Origin: Octopus sinensis
Lineage: Eukaryota
Length of the DNA: 35,280 nt
NCBI RefSeq assembly: GCF_006345805.1
Contig: NW_021828050.1
Span: forward strand, 1-35,280
Reading direction: 5' to 3'
A program made the translations under genes and the position numbers. Under the pieces are notes generated by a model. The model was not told the origin of the DNA. It made no database searches and was given only the letters and a program-made list of their open reading frames with translations. This document shows positions 34,322-35,280 of the stretch, piece after piece. Positions within the stretch are counted from its first letter, which is position 1; each line of letters begins with the position of its first letter.

Positions 34322-35074
34322 GGCGGCGTATGTACACTTTGGTCTCTTATATGTAAGTATACATTCATTATATATATATATATAATATATATATATATAT
34401 TATATATATACAATATATCTACATATATATATTTTTATATATATATATATACATAAATACATATATGCACATATAGATGCATATGTCTGTATATATATAA
34501 TATACGCATGTATGTCTGTATGTATGTGTGTACATATATATGTGCGGTGGGGTGAATGAACGAATGACTGAATGAAATAAAACAATAAACTGTGGAGAAG
34601 AGAGGTTCAGTCACTTAATACCTCAGCTTTGTCAAATAACCATTCGTATTGCAAAGCTAGAATGACAGCTGATTGACAATTGAAGCCCTCATCAACAATA
34701 TCTCCCAAATACTTCATCTATCTTTGAAGCAGTGGAAATATTTTCCAACCAGTTTTCAATTTTAAATTTCCTATAAATAGAATCTTTTCATTCTTGCTTA
34801 GATTTAGAAATATTTTATCGTGCGTAATCTAATGACAGAATGATGTTGAAGTTATATATCTTTTTTTTTTTTTTTTCAATTTGTTCATATAAGAGAATTA
34901 GTAAATATTAATAGATAAGCCCAATGGACAATGTAATGCACAAGGGGAATGGAATATAATCAAGTTTAAAGTACTTTAAATAACATTCAATGATGTATTG
35001 ATGTTTTGTTTTGGTTTGTTCATTCTGAGTCTCTCATCAGAATCGGCAATTTGGTAGTACATCACTGAAATTCA

Positions 35075-35270
35075 AAGTATGAACTTCAAATTTTGGCGCA
35101 AAGCCAGCAATTTCAGTGAGGGAATAAACCGATTACATGGATTCCCAGTGCTCAATTGGTACTTATTTTATCGACCCCGAAAGTATAAAAAGCAAAGTTG
35201 AACCCTAGAGGCATTTGAACTCAGAACGTAATTTCAGAAAAAATTATGCTAAGCATTTTCCAGCTCAGTA
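35075..35270 (-). mobile_element. Decayed SINE family 2 copy
   Basis: GGTACTTATTTTATCGACCCCGAAAG...GCAAAGTTGA...TTTGAACTCAGAACGTAA. Confidence 0.75.
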
Positions 35271-35280
35271 TCGAATCTGC

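Overview
Gene-poor, very AT-rich eukaryotic genomic DNA. The SINE families and the dense (AT)n/(GATA)n/triplet microsatellites point to an octopod cephalopod (Octopus-like); this is from pattern recognition, not a database search. I cannot support any intact host protein-coding gene, and nearly all long ORFs in the track are translations of simple repeats. The window contains: (i) a ~5.3 kb imperfect palindrome (arms 4749-6797 and 8053-10028) whose loop holds a 22-bp CpG-rich minisatellite made of NRF1-consensus sites, with breakpoints arranged as expected for a staggered-break inversion; (ii) two clear and one weak minimal hammerhead-ribozyme folds of the Penelope type, one of them in the tail of a tRNA-headed SINE; (iii) a 14-unit ~184-bp SINE-derived satellite with an emerging AABB higher-order pattern, plus shorter multimers elsewhere with the same junction; (iv) decayed remnants of mariner, pogo/Tigger-like, L1/Tx1, HERO-type and Ty3/Gypsy gag elements; (v) many copies of at least four tRNA-derived SINE families. 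All coordinates, counts and alignments were done by eye and may be off by a few bases.
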